A stretch of DNA of 64,000 bases from Octopus vulgaris (GCA_951406725.2 OX597826.1:49104001-49168000), one strand, 5' to 3'. Counted from the stretch's first letter, positions 41,088 through 55,297 are shown. Program-made: numbers and translations. Notes: generated by a model not told the origin, from the sequence alone.

Positions 41088-41367
41088 TATACATATATAT
41101 TCATATATATATATATGTGTATTACATTTTTTTTCTATAGTATGTATGTAAAAATGTATTATCTACATGTATATACTAAACAAATATATATTTAAAAATT
41201 CTTGTAGACAATCCTCCAGCATGGCCACAGTCTAATCAATCGAACAAGTAAGAGATAAAAGGCAGAAGATATATCTTTATACATATATAAATACATGACT
41301 ATATCCCTCTGCATATATGGAACTAGGTATGCCTGTGTATTATGCATCTATCATATATATATATATA

Positions 41368-41408
<41 letters not shown>

Positions 41409-41625
41409 ATGTAAGGTTAATGTATATCTCTCATGAATAAACACAAAATCTGTATATATTACAGCAAGCACTCTCTCTCTCTCTAGCAACACACACACAT
41501 GCCACAAGGATGGAGCACACACTCATTTCTTCTGTTATACGAACACACAGACACAAACCGATGCCATCACACACGTGTATATATACTAACATTTACATTC
41601 AGAAGGAAGCATTTGTATACTTTAC

Positions 41626-41701
<76 letters not shown>

Positions 41702-41736
41702 CACAAATACATATTATATATATATATATATTTTTT

Positions 41737-41775
<39 letters not shown>

Positions 41776-41936
41776 TTGTATATATATATTTATATATATA
41801 TATAATATGTATTTGTGTATATATATATATATATATAAAATAAGTGTTTGTATATATATTAATATATATATGTATGTTTGTATATATATATATATATATA
41901 TATATATAAGTGTGTGTGTGTGTGTACGTGTGTATT

Positions 41937-41967
<31 letters not shown>

Positions 41968-42079
41968 ATGGTGTGTGTAGGCATATATATATATGTATAT
42001 ATATATGAATGTATATATGTATGTATATGTATGTGTATATTTGTATGTATATATATATGTATGTATATATATGTATATA

Positions 42080-42964
42080 TTGGGTCATCCCATAAATAAT
42101 GCAGTTTTTTTTATACTTCTTTTATTTTTCAAAATGTTCCTTCATTTCTACAATGCTTTTCCATCTGTCTGGTAGACTGGCAAGGCCTCTCTTCCAAAGT
42201 TCACTTATCTATGACATAAAATATTCCTCCAGGACTGTTCTGACCTTGTCTAGAGAATTCATATTTTTTCCATCCAAATGATTTTAGAATAAATGATAAA
42301 ATCAGATGGGGCAATGTCCAGCAAATATGATGGGTGGGGCAGCGTTTCATTTCCCATTCAAACTGCTCCATCCTTTAGAATGTCATCCTTGTATGTGGCT
42401 GAGCATTATCCTGATGTAAGAACACCTTGCATCTTGAAACCAAAGATGGTCGTATTTCTTCTAGCACTGACTTGAATGACTGGTCAAATGACAAAATCCA
42501 AGCGTCTCTGCTAGTTCCTCAACAGTTACAATGGGATTTTTGTTCCACCAAGATTTCCAGGACGTCCTCATCAAACTCTAAAGACCTGCCAGGACAAGGC
42601 TCGTTTTCTAGGCTGTAGTTTCTGGCTCAAAATTTCTGGAACCACTGCTCACACTGGCTTACACTTATTGTCTGATCCCCATATACTGCATTAATATTCC
42701 TTGCACTTTCCGTTGCATTGTTGCCTCTATTAAACTCATAAAGCAAAATGTGCTGAGTATGTTCCTTTGTCACTTCCATTATAGCTTTGAAAAAATAACT
42801 GTTAAAATCGACCAGCAATCTTAAAAACTATCACTAAGAATAAAACCAAGGTAAAATTACTACCGGCTTTTATAGCAAGTTGATGCAGGTAGTTTATCCT
42901 GTCCACCTCCAACTTTTAGTTCAGGCAATTGAATAAAAACAACATTGTCTATGGGATTACCCAA
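42080..42964 (-). mobile_element. Mariner transposon, internally deleted (885 bp)
   Basis: TIRs TTGGGTCATCCCATAAATAATG and CATTGTCTATGGGATTACCCAA, TA on both sides, transposase remnants on the minus strand. Confidence 0.92.
42150..42779 (-). pseudogene. Mariner transposase pseudogene
   Basis: N-terminal MEVTKEHTQHILLYEFNRGNNATESARNINAVYGD...QWFQKF (mariner HTH region); C-terminal ..LHQDNAQPH.. and ..PSYLLDIAPSD (decayed YSPDLAPSD motif). Stops and frameshifts are present and the middle is missing. Confidence 0.88.
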
Positions 42965-42992
42965 TATATATGTATATATGTATATATGTATG

Positions 42993-43049
<57 letters not shown>

Positions 43050-43462
43050 GCATTTATAGATATATATATGTATATATATATGAATGTGCATATATATATA
43101 TATATATTTATGAATGTATATATATATATCTATAGGTATGTATATATATATATATGTGTATGTGTATATATATATGTATATATATGTGTATATATCTATG
43201 TATATGTATGCATGTATATATGTATGTATATGTATATATATGTATATATATATATATATATGCATACACACACACATGTATAATATATATATATTACATA
43301 TGCTTGTATATATACACAAACATTGACATGTAGCTAGATATATGCACATATTGACAATGAGGGAGTAATGAGTTTATTAAATATATACACATTTGCATCA
43401 GTATATATATATATATATAAATAGAGAGAGAGAGAGAGACACACACAGGTTTACAAATCTAT

Positions 43463-43515
<53 letters not shown>

Positions 43516-43837
43516 TGTATGTATATAAAATTCACACAACTATACATAGTCCACTCCCTCTGTAAGAAGCATGGGGGCCACTTTCTGTGACATATTTATT
43601 CCTCCTGGATGGAACATCAGTCCTTCACAGGATTGCTAATTTTTTACCAACTGAGTGGAGTGGAAGAATGTGAAGTTTCTTGCTCAAGGACATAATGCAT
43701 CACTCAGTCCAGGATTCAAAACTACAATCTTACAATCGTTAATCCAACACCTTAATCACCAAGCAATGCACACCCCAAATACGCACACACACTCACACAC
43801 ACACGTGCACACGCACACATATATACACGTATGTATC

Positions 43838-44019
43838 CTTTTGTTCTTTTATTTGTTTCATTCATTTGACTATGGTCATGCTGGAGCACCAACTTCAAGT
43901 GTTTTAGTTGAACAAATCGACTTCAGAACTTATTTTTTTAAAGCCCAGTACTTACTCTATCAGTCTCTTTTGCTGAACTGCAAAGTTACAGTGACATAAA
44001 CACACCGACACAGGTTGTC

Positions 44020-44056
<37 letters not shown>

Positions 44057-44072
44057 TCAATAAATGGTGGGG

Positions 44073-44104
<32 letters not shown>

Positions 44105-44107
44105 TAT

Positions 44108-44157
<50 letters not shown>

Positions 44158-44348
44158 ATGTATGTATATGTGTATGTATGTATATATGTATGTTGGGCTT
44201 CTTTCAGTTTCTATCAACCAAATCCACTCACAAGGCTTTGGTTGGCCTGGGGCTTATTGTAGAAGACAATTGCCCAAGGTGCCACACATTGGAACTGAAC
44301 CCAGAACCGTGTGGGTTGGGAAGTTAGCTTCTTACCACACTGCCATGC
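43838..44348 (-). mobile_element. SINE family A, diverged
   Basis: Reverse complement of family A with an expanded internal microsatellite. Confidence 0.75.
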
Positions 44349-44882
44349 ACACACACACACACACACAGTCACACACACACACATTCTTATGAATGTATAT
44401 ACAACTGAAACTACATATATGTGTGTGTGTGTTGGATCAAAAGGTCCTCCATTATTAATATAAACCAGCTAATGATTGAGGTCAGTTGAATATATTAATG
44501 ATCATCACATCACCCTCTCCCACCCCATTGTCTATCCTTTGCTCTCAAAACCTCCCATCTCCTCACTAAAACCTTCACCCATCTTCCACTGTATATATAT
44601 ATATATATAGCATTACCAGCCCACTGAGCCCCAGTGTCTCTGTATTGAGTACCATGGTTCAGGGATACTAGCATAGCCGTTTCTCCAAATCCTGCTAATT
44701 GTACTGACACTTATCTGGACCACTCTGGGATGTTGAACTAACCATGCTTGAATAACTGAATGGAATTGCCATTAGGCTAGATCATCTTGTGTGTGTGTGT
44801 GTGTATGAAAATATATTAAAAACAAAATAGCAAAAAAATATTGGCAAACACACATACATACATACATGTATGCGTTTATATA

Positions 44883-44921
<39 letters not shown>

Positions 44922-44989
44922 ACAAAATTGGAATATATTCATCATTTGAATGTTGAGTGGATGTCTACATTACTCTGTATGTGTTAGTA

Positions 44990-45035
<46 letters not shown>

Positions 45036-45138
45036 AATATACATATATATAAATATATATATGTATATGCATGCCAGCGTCGACAACGGATGTTAAATGA
45101 TGATGATGGTATATGTACAGATAGATGTAGATACACAG

Positions 45139-45204
<66 letters not shown>

Positions 45205-45382
45205 TATGTACACACACATATATACTAGTACTTAAATATATGATATTTATATCCGCACACACACATATGTATGGACATGTTTAGGTATATTTGTATATAC
45301 GTTTGCCTATATACATCTGTATGTTTGTTTATACATATACATGTGTGTGTATGTTTATATATATAGTCATACTTATGTATAG

Positions 45383-45413
<31 letters not shown>

Positions 45414-45466
45414 GTATATATATATGTATATATATATATATGTATATATATATGTATATATATATG

Positions 45467-45513
<47 letters not shown>

Positions 45514-45835
45514 GTATATATATATATATATATATATTTATTTATATATGTATATATACATATCCAATAAGTATGTGTGTATAGATAGATGTATTAGAAT
45601 AATTCCTACTTTTAATACATGCATAAACTTCACAGGACGTTTTTCAATTACGCATATATATACACACATGAGCATGTGCACACATGCACGCAATCCTCCC
45701 TACACACACACATACATACAAGCAAGCACACACACAGTCCCACACAAATATTTTTTCCTTTATTCATTTCAATATTTTTCTCTCCCTTCATTAAATGCTT
45801 CTTTCTAATTAATGTTCCGATCAACCCCTTACCAT

Positions 45836-45867
<32 letters not shown>

Positions 45868-46592
45868 TTTTCCTCCCAGATCTTTGTTTCAACACCGACA
45901 ATCCATTTTAAAAATTTTTCTGCAAAAAAAAAAAAATAAATAAGATGATGTAGCTGTCAATGAAATGAAAAATGGTTAGCGTTAGTTAATTAAAACCTTA
46001 AACATTCGGAATATTTTGCGTAATATCAATTGAAATACATCAATATGCAAATGTGCTGCCCCCTTTGTTGTTACTCAACATGCTAACAGAAGCAGTCAAA
46101 TCTCCCACATATCATATTCTACTCTCTTAAAAGATGAAGGCTTCTTTAAATCTTCAATTTTTTTCCTCTTTCAATTGTTTCTGTTATTCGACTGTTTTAC
46201 TCAAACACATTGATCCCCCTTATTTATTTATTTCTAAAGTCTCGTGTTCCTTCTATCGGTCTCTTTTGTCTAACCACTAAGTTTCAGGGATGTAAACAAA
46301 CTAACAATGGTTGTGAAACAGTGTTGGTACAGACATATACACAAAGACACACAGACACACATGTGTATACATACATGTATGTATCATTTAATGTACACTA
46401 TATTAATATGAGAGCTACCAATTGTTTCTTGCCATTGAGAAACTTGGTTGAGCAGATTTTTGCAACACGCATTGTACTCTGAGCAATTTTCAGGCTTTCT
46501 GAGGGTGCATTAAACTATATTTATCTCTCACTGGATAGAGTACCTTTTTGTTGATCCTACCTTAGCAGAACAGTAAACAACAGCCTCTACAC

Positions 46593-46965
46593 ATTCTTTA
46601 TTTCCTCTCCTTATTTCTTTCTGTGGAAGAGCGTAGGCTCGAAACATTAAATACTTTTTCACTTCCCAAGTGTTATACTAATATATTTGTTTGTTGTCTA
46701 CACCACCTGTCTTTGTCTTTTGTCTTTTTGTGAATTCTCCTTATATATATATTTATATATATATATATCATTTCATCATGTTGAACCCTTAATTCCTACA
46801 AATTTTTTTCTCTCTCTATTTTTTTTCTTCTCAATCCTTTCTGCCAAAGAGCAGAAGCTCAAAATGTCAAAGACTTTTCTGTTCTTCCTGAGCATAAAAC
46901 TAATACACCTGCTTGTTGTTCCCTCAACTGTCTTCAACATTTTTTTTCTGTAAATTTGAACTATA
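46593..46965 (+). mobile_element. Two adjacent copies of the Penelope-LTR-like repeat with minimal hammerhead-like motifs
   Basis: CTTT-CTGTGGA-A-GAGC-GTAG-GCTC-GAAA at 46617-46644 and CTTT-CTGCCAA-A-GAGC-AGAA-GCTC-AAAA-TG-TC-AAAG at 46837-46872. Confidence 0.65.
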
Positions 46966-47807
46966 TATATATATATATATACTTATATATGCACACATAC
47001 ACATATACATATATATATATATGTATATATAGGTAGATAGAGATAGATACATACACATATATATATGTACATATGCATTATATATATATGTATATATATA
47101 CTTATACAATAGGCTTCTTTTAGTTTCCAACAACCAAATCCACTTAGAAGGCTTTGGTCAGCCTGGTGTTATTGTAGAATACACTTTCTCAAGGTACCAC
47201 ACAGTGGGACATGGTGTAGGGAAGTAAACTTCCTACCACATAACTATACCCAATGGATTTCTTGAAAAAACCCCCAGAAAGATGACCATTTTATTTTATA
47301 CCTGCTCTACCCAGGTGAACTTTTGGCTAAAAACATGCCAACACGTTATACATATGATATATAATGATTTTGATGAATGAGAGGAGTTTTCTTTCCAAAA
47401 CTCCTAGTGCATCATTCCTAATATTGCCACAAGGCCTGTAATATGGGGGTGGAGCAAATTGCTTAAATCAACTCCAGTCCTCAACTGGTTCTTATTTTAT
47501 CAACCCTTAAAGGATGAAAGGTAAAGTCAACCCCAGCAAAATTTAAACTCGTTACATAAAGGCAGACGAAATGTTGCTAAGCATTTTGCATGGCTTGCTT
47601 ACAATTTTGCTAGTTCACCACCCTACATCATTCTTAATATTTTAAAATAAAAAAAACATTATTTAATTCCGGAGATGTACTTGCATAGCAAGTGACCTGA
47701 TCTGAGATCATGTGCTGGAACGAAAACAATTGCAGCGTGGAAGGTGTTTATAAATCATTTAAGAAACACACAAAGTCCGTTAGATTCACTTCAACATTTA
47801 AATTTGA

Positions 47808-47858
47808 TTTGTCAAAATATTTACATCACTTTGAGACTGCAACCTGTTCACCGACAAA
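47808..47858 (-). ncRNA. Decayed hammerhead-like motif with G3:C8 core variant
   Basis: UUUGUCG-GUGAACA-G-GUUGC-AGUCUCAAA-GUGAU-GUAA-AUAU-UU-UGACAAA: 7-bp stem I, wobble-rich stem II, GAAA changed to GUAA. Confidence 0.45.
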
Positions 47859-48094
47859 ATTCCATGCTAAATACATCAAAACTTCAAGAAGTACCAGAGA
47901 AGTACTTTCATATTATTTATCATCTAAAGCTTGAAATTGAAAATGTGTGTGTGTGTGTGTTTGTCCACAAACCATTTGACAAGTGTTGGTTTATTTTCAT
48001 CCCTATGAATTAACAGCTCAGCAAAAGGACACTGATTGAATAAATACCTGACATAAAAAAAAATTATTAAAAACTGGGGTCAATTTATTCCCTT

Positions 48095-48202
48095 ATAATA
48101 ATAATAATAATAAAGAAATTATTGTATACAGTGCTCAGGTGCACCACAACTTGTCAAAAGTGCATATAAAGCATACGCAGTAATGTACAAATGTCTGGAA
48201 AG
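48095..48202 (-). mobile_element. Extreme 3' end of the CR1-group LINE, inserted into a family A SINE
   Basis: Near-identical to 19893-19988 with a (TTA)n tail; family A sequence lies on both sides. Confidence 0.85.
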
Positions 48203-48691
48203 GTAGTTCCACAGCATGGCCACCACTCAATGACTGAAATGAGTAAAAGAATAACAGAGCAGTTCAACACCCAAAATTTAGGGGTTGAGGAATTTTTAGC
48301 ATAATTAACCAAACTCGTTATCTGGTGCTTTATTTTATTGTTTTATTGGCCTGTGGAAAGATAAATGGTAAAGCCTAATTCCGATGAGATTTCAACTAAG
48401 AACTGCAAAGAAAAAATAAAGAATTAATTATTTTATATCTTTTACTTGTCTCAGTCATTAGACTGCGGCCATGCTGGGGCACTGCCTTGAAGAATTTCTT
48501 GTTGAATTAATTGACCCCCATATTTATTTCTTTTTTAAGCTTGGTACTTATTCTGTCAGTCACTTTTGCCTAACAACAACGTTACAGGGACGTAAACACA
48601 CCAACACCAGTTGTCAAGTCGTGATGCAGTATAAACACAAACACGAAGACACGTGTATATATATACATATATATATATATGTATATATATG

Positions 48692-48730
<39 letters not shown>

Positions 48731-48743
48731 ATATATAAATCTA

Positions 48744-48787
<44 letters not shown>

Positions 48788-48792
48788 AACAA

Positions 48793-49036
48793 CCCCCTTC
48801 AGTCATGAATGACCATGGGATTGCACCTAGAAAGTTACCCTCCGAGGCACAAGTCCGAGCGAGGTTGTTTATGGAAGACCAGCAGTCACCCATGCATACC
48901 AGCCTTCCCTATCCACACCACTGATGCTATCCAAAGGAAAGGCAAAGGCCGGTTCAGCTTGGCACCAGGGACATCATAACTCATTACTATAGCTGAGTGA
49001 ACTGGAGCAACATGAAATAAAGTGTCTTGCTCAAGC
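48793..49036 (-). mobile_element. SINE family D, 5'-truncated
   Basis: Reverse complement of 52855-53100. Confidence 0.85.
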
Positions 49037-49961
49037 ACATCCATACATACATACATACATACATACATACAATGAGTTTTTTTCAGTTTCTGTCAGCCAA
49101 ATCCACTCACAAGGCTTGGATTGGTCTGAGGCTATAGCAGAAGACACTTACCCAATGTGTCATACAGTGGGATTGAACCTGGAACCATGTGGTTAGGAAG
49201 CAAGCTTCTTACCACACAGCCATGCCTCACCTCTAATTATATACAATAACTGTTTCTAATTTAGACACAAAACCAGCAATTTTGAAGAGAAACGGATTGT
49301 TAATTACATCACAACCAGGTAGTTGAATGATATTTCATTTTCTTGATTCGCAACTTACATCTCAGCTTCACCGGTGCTGGTGGCACGGAAAATGCACCCT
49401 GTATACTTTGTAAAGTGATCGGCATTAGGAAGGGCATCCAGTCATAGAAGCCATGCCAAAGCTGATAGGAATATAATGCAATCCTGTAGTTTACTGGACT
49501 CATTCGACACATGCCAGCATGGAAAATGGATGTTAACTGATGATAATGCTGGTGATGATAGTGATGACCCATGGGTATAAAATGTGAATTTGACCTCAGT
49601 GGGATTTGAACCCAGAATGTAAAGTGTCAGAAAAACATACTGCAAGGCATTTTATTCAACACTCTAACACTACCCTTCATATATGTAATATTGCCAATGG
49701 ATTTGGAGCATAGATTATGTTCGAACTCAACAAAATAGATAATTGCTACTATTGATACGTAGCTATTATGTATATATGAATGGTACATAGTAACAGGTGT
49801 TAGAGTATATTTGTGTGTGTGTGTGTGTGTGTATGTGTGTGTGTGTATGTGTGTGTGTGTGTATGTGTTAGATGACTTTTTTTTATTTGTATGCATCATA
49901 AACATTGCCAGTATGTATTGCATTTATGCGAGTGTGTGTGTAGACATATATATATATATAA

Positions 49962-50262
49962 TGCCTTGTGAGTGGATTTGGTAGACGGAAACTGAAAGAA
50001 GCCTGTTGTATATATGTATATATATATATATGTATGTGTTTGTATATGTTTGTGTGTCTGTGTTTGTCACCCTAGCATTGCTTGACAACCGATGCTGGTG
50101 TGTTTACATCCCCGTCACTTAGCGGTTCGACAAAAGAGACCGATAGAATAAGTACTAGGCTTACAAAGAATAAGTCCCGGGGTCGATTTGCTCGACTAAA
50201 GGCGGTGCTCCAGCATGGCCGCAGTCAAATGACTGAAACAAGTAAAAGAGTAAAAGAGAGAG
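49962..50262 (+). mobile_element. SINE family A, 5'-truncated, low divergence
   Basis: Near-identical to 7455-7735. Confidence 0.9.
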
Positions 50263-50357
50263 TAAGAGTATATATATAAAGAGAGAGAGAGAGAGATTTA
50301 TACTTATATATATATATATATGGATTCAGTTATATATATGTATCTACATTTATGTGT

Positions 50358-50391
<34 letters not shown>

Positions 50392-50451
50392 GAACATTCC
50401 TCATGAGTTGTACGAGGTGAGCCACCCTTTTTAACCTGGAGTATCAGTAAG

Positions 50452-50510
50452 ACCCTCTGATGAGAACTAAGATTATAATGACCAGAGTTCAAAATCAGTT
50501 GATAAGGATA
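50452..50510 (+). ncRNA. Hammerhead-like motif with one core mutation (G12A)
   Basis: ACCCU-CUGAUGA-GAACU-(17 nt)-AGUUC-AAAA-UCAGUUGA-UA-AGGAU: perfect 5-bp stem II, near-palindromic stem III, CCU/AGG stem I. Confidence 0.55.
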
Positions 50511-50941
50511 TGTCTGTTTACTTCTTTTTGTGAGATTATCTTACCATGGAAAGGTGCTTTAGCTCTCTCCCTCACTTTCAATCAATTCATGGGGTCAGTG
50601 CTTTGTATGACTATTTGAGTGTTTTTTTTCACTCTTATTTCTAGCAATTGCCAGTACTAATTTATGCCTTTGTTCCTTAACTTGCCTTAAGGTTTTAATT
50701 GCTAATGGGCCACCTATATTATAATCTCTTTGATATATTTTAATATCTTATTGTATTTATGAACATTCATACATACATACTTATATATATATATATTATA
50801 GATATAGATAAAACTAACATACATGCATGCATATATAGGATATATACATACATATACATATATGTGTGAGTGTGTGTGTGTGTATTTATATATACATATA
50901 TACATATATAAGATAGATACACACACACACACACACATATA

Positions 50942-50983
<42 letters not shown>

Positions 50984-51024
50984 TTAAGTTTCAGCTCAGA
51001 GCTGCAGCCATGCTGATGCACCGC

Positions 51025-51080
<56 letters not shown>

Positions 51081-51092
51081 TATGCATATATA

Positions 51093-51125
<33 letters not shown>

Positions 51126-51405
51126 CACACACATATATATGCAAGTATTATGCACCTGTTTGTGAAAAATATACAAACAATATGCATATAATTGTGAAGG
51201 TATTTTTATATATATATATATATACTGCTGTCATTCTCTCTGTCTCTCTTTTTCTTTTTTTCTTTCTGTCTCTGTCTCTGTGTATGTGTGCATATATGTA
51301 TGCACGTGAGTATGAGTATGTGATTGTGTGTTTGTGTATGTTTGTACAATTTTTTTTATACAATGACAAAATGCATGTACAGTTCATACATACATGTGTA
51401 AAGAA

Positions 51406-51495
<90 letters not shown>

Positions 51496-51896
51496 ACGCA
51501 CACAGGCAAATATATTCAGCTACATATGTATTTGAGGATTGGCTGCCAGCAGAGATATGTTAGGCTTTTAACATATTCAGCTCTGAAACACTTAAGGCCC
51601 ACATTTACATAATAACTCTGTATCAAGGGTACTTCATTGTTACATTCCCAGCCAGACAAACTACATATCTCATAGATAAGGCACTGTTCACTGCTGCAGG
51701 CAGCGGGAGCTCCATAACACAGTCGGATGCTGACTTCAGATACTTCATTGACTAAAGAACAATCTTCTATATATAGCATTGGTTGGTCTGGTTTAGGTTG
51801 TCTCACACACAACAGAAATGATGTTTGTAGTGGTTTTCTTGCTATGTGATGTTTTATACCTCTCAGTGTTGTATGTGTGTACTCAAATGTATACAT

Positions 51897-52367
51897 AGGT
51901 GCAGGAGTGGCTGTGTGGTTGCTTCCCAACCACATGGTTCTGGTGTATTTATGCCCCTGTAACTTAGCAGTTCGGTAAAAAGAGGCTAACAGAACAAATA
52001 CTAGGCTTTTCAAGAATGAGACCCGGGGGCGATTTATTAGACTAAAGGCAGTGCTCCAGCACGGCCACAGTCCAATGACTGAAACAAGTAAAAGAATAAA
52101 AGAGAGAAAGAATGCATACATAGTTATTCTTTTTGTACTTTTACTTGTTTCAGTCATTTGACTGTGGCCAAACTGGAGCACTGCCTTGCAGGGTTTTTGT
52201 CGAACAAACCAACCCCAAGATTTATTTTTTTAAAACCTAGTACTTATTCTATCAGTCTCTTTTGCTAAACTGCTAAGCCACGGGGACATAAACTCACCAA
52301 CACTGGTTGCCAATCTGTGATGGGAGGACAAACATAGGCATAAAGACACACACACACATGGAAATAT

Positions 52368-52435
<68 letters not shown>

Positions 52436-52594
52436 TGGGATTCTTTCAGTTCCCATCAACCAAATCCACTCACAAGGCATTAATCAGTCCGAGGCTATAG
52501 TAGAATACACTTGCTCAAAGTGCCAAGCAGTGGGACTGAACCTGGAGTCAGGTGGTTGGGAAGCAAGCTTCTTAACACACAGCCACAGCTGTGC

Positions 52595-52596
<2 letters not shown>
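51897..52596. mobile_element. Two family A SINEs tail-to-tail (+ 51897-52105; - 52128-52596)
   Basis: ...CAGTCCAATGACTGAAACAAGTAAAAG faces CTTTTACTTGTTTCAGTCATTTGACTG across a short spacer. Confidence 0.85.
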
Positions 52597-52626
<30 letters not shown>

Positions 52627-52719
52627 ATATATATATATATACATATGTATGTATATATATTCCTCTATTTACATAATATTGAGGTCTCTTTCTTTCTTTT
52701 GTTGTCTTACCGTTTTTAT

Positions 52720-52758
<39 letters not shown>

Positions 52759-52768
52759 TATATATTTG

Positions 52769-53100
52769 TGAAGGCGCATGGCTCAGTGGTTAGAGTGTCG
52801 AGCTTACAATCGTGAGGTTGTGAGCTTGAATCCTGGACTGGACTGCGTGTTGTGTTCTTGAGCAAGACACTTTATTTCACGTTGATCCAGTTCACTCAGC
52901 TATAGAAATGAGTTGCGACGTCACAGGTGCCAAGTTGGATCAGCCGTTACCTTTCCTTTGGATAACACTGATGGCGTGGAGAGGGGAGGCTGGTATGCAT
53001 GGGTGACTGCTGGTCTTCCATAAACAACCTTACCCGGACTTGTGCCTGGAAGGGTACCTTTCTTGGTGCAATCCCATGGTCAGTGTCGTGACCAAGGGGT
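52769..53100 (+). mobile_element. SINE family D, full length
   Basis: GAAGGCGCATGGCTCAGTGGTTAGAG head; GTGTTCTTGAGCAAGACACTTTATTTCAC core; homologous copies at 48793-49036 and 63515-63775. Confidence 0.85.
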
Positions 53101-53130
53101 GTCTCAGAATATATATATATATATATATAT

Positions 53131-53333
53131 ATCATCATCATCATGATCATCATCATCGTTTAACGTCCGTCCTCCATGCTAGCATGGGTTGGACGGTTCA
53201 ACCGGGGATCTGGGAAGCCAGAAGGCTGCACCAGGCTCCAGTCTTATCTGGCAATGTTTCTACAGCTGGATGCCCATCCTAACGCCAACCACTCCGTGAG
53301 TGTAATGGGTGCTTTTTACATGCCACCTGCACA
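53131..53333 (-). mobile_element. SINE family E 3' part (Nin-domain-like) with (ATG)n tail
   Basis: Minus strand: GGTTGGCGTTAGGATGGGCATCCAGCTGTAGAAAC...CATGCTAGCATGGAGGACGGACGTTAAACGATGATG; related pieces at about 49370-49565, 56610-56935, 57410-57500 and 58965-59160. Confidence 0.7.
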
Positions 53334-53592
53334 GATATATATACGCATTTAATTACATGTGTAAGGATGGATGAATAGTGGGATAGACAGATAGATAGGT
53401 ACATCCATAAATAGATATAGATTTATTAGTAGCTTGTTTCTAATCTGTATAATTTAAGGTTTAACAGATGCAGAAAGCAGGTCAGATCATTCCAACACTC
53501 AAACACTGAGATGAGTTGGCCACAGCTTCTGAATAATAATGATAAATAAAGCTCATTATCTTTGAGCTTAATTACATTTAGCCTTCAGAGTA

Positions 53593-54048
53593 CCGTAAAT
53601 CCTCAAGTATAGTCCGCCCTTGAGTATAATACGCACCCCTTCTCTAACTTGAGTGAGGGAGGTCTATATAACGTCCTTGCTTTGTAAAACTGTATACGGT
53701 AACGTCCTTTATTATTATTGTATATATAATATAATGCAAACGTGTAGGTTTTTTGTGCATTTTGTTTGCAGAAAATTAAGAAATAACAGTAATAACGTTT
53801 AATAAATGTTGCTTACTGCAAGTTATGGATGATTCTTTTATGACTTCATTGCTTTCAGGCTTAGCTTAAGGTATTTTTCATGCCCGACATCACAAAATGC
53901 GTTTGAATAAACATAGCCGGAGAGCAAAAATGACTTGGACATTGCTTAGAAAATAATTTTCATTTTTAACCTCATGTATAGTATGCACTAGGGATTTTGA
54001 CCTTTAAATTTTCGGGAAAAAGTGCGGATTATACTCGAGGATTTACGG
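53593..54048. mobile_element. Tc1/mariner-superfamily (pogo/Tc2-like) MITE
   Basis: 25-bp TIRs CCGTAAATCCTCAAGTATAGTCCGC and GCGGATTATACTCGAGGATTTACGG; TA on both sides. Confidence 0.85.
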
Positions 54049-54565
54049 TATGTGTTGAACTCTCTCTTGTGTTTTTCCATTGGTGCAAGTATGGCCACGT
54101 GATTGGGAAGTTTGCTTTTAAACATGCTGTCCAGCTACAGATGTCGTTTAATTGTAGTGTCCACTCACTAGCAATTAGGGTAAGAACATTTTGACATAGA
54201 CACACTTCGAATGAAGTAAGATGTTGAGAAACTGTGTTAATGTCCTTGAATGGATTGTTGAGTAGCTTTTTAAAGTTGACATGGGTCTGTGGAATACTCA
54301 GTCACTTTCTTTTGGCTGAAGAAACAAATGGAATACACATCATCAAAAAATCTGATAGAGCAACACACACACACACACATACTCACATATTTATATTATA
54401 TGTGCTTTGTGTGCGTATGTGTGTGTATAAATAAATAATTTGGTATCACTACTTAATATATATACACATTCATATTCTCTCTCTGTGTCTCTCTATATAT
54501 ATATTTATATGTACATGTGTGTGTGTATGTGTATATATATATGTGTGTGTATTTATAAATCTATG

Positions 54566-54662
<97 letters not shown>

Positions 54663-55052
54663 GTATGTATATATATATGTGTATGTATGTATATATATAA
54701 GTTGCTTTCAAAGTGTGACATCATTAATTAACTAATTAATTAATTACTGAATACAAAAATATTCTGTTTTGGTAACACATGAAATAAAGGAACACTGAGT
54801 TCATGCCTGTTTTTTTTTCTCATTATATGTATGTGTGTGTGTGTGTACATATATATATGTATGTGTATGTGTGCATATGCACATTTAGGCAGAGAGATCA
54901 AACAATTAGGTATCACCTGATGTTTACAATGATTTGGGCACCTTTCAAGAGCATAGCTCTGAGCACCAGCATTCAACATAAATGCTCTCAAATGAAAGTT
55001 CAAGTCATTTTGACCCACAATACTGCAGGAGATATTTAATTTTTTTATCCTA

Positions 55053-55089
<37 letters not shown>

Positions 55090-55090
<1 letters not shown>

Positions 55091-55297
55091 TTATTTATTG
55101 CCCACAAGGGGCTAAACATAGAGGGGACAAACAAGGACAGACATAGGTATTAAGTCGATTACATCGACCCCAGTGCGTAACTGGTACTTAATTTATCGAC
55201 CCCGAAAGGAAGAAAGGCAAAGTCGACCTCGGCGGAATTTGAACTCAGAATGTAACGGCAGACAAAATACCGCTAGGCAGTTCGCCCGGCCTGCTAA
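55090..55297 (-). mobile_element. SINE family B, near full length
   Basis: Reverse complement of 56299-56533. Confidence 0.85.

Noticed and set aside
51516-52181. 221-aa ORF, the longest in the track
   Set aside because: The first half is antisense SINE sequence and no domain is recognisable.
52769-52845. tRNA genes suggested by A/B-box-like heads (also 11377 and 60768)
   Set aside because: They continue into SINE bodies and lack a complete cloverleaf.
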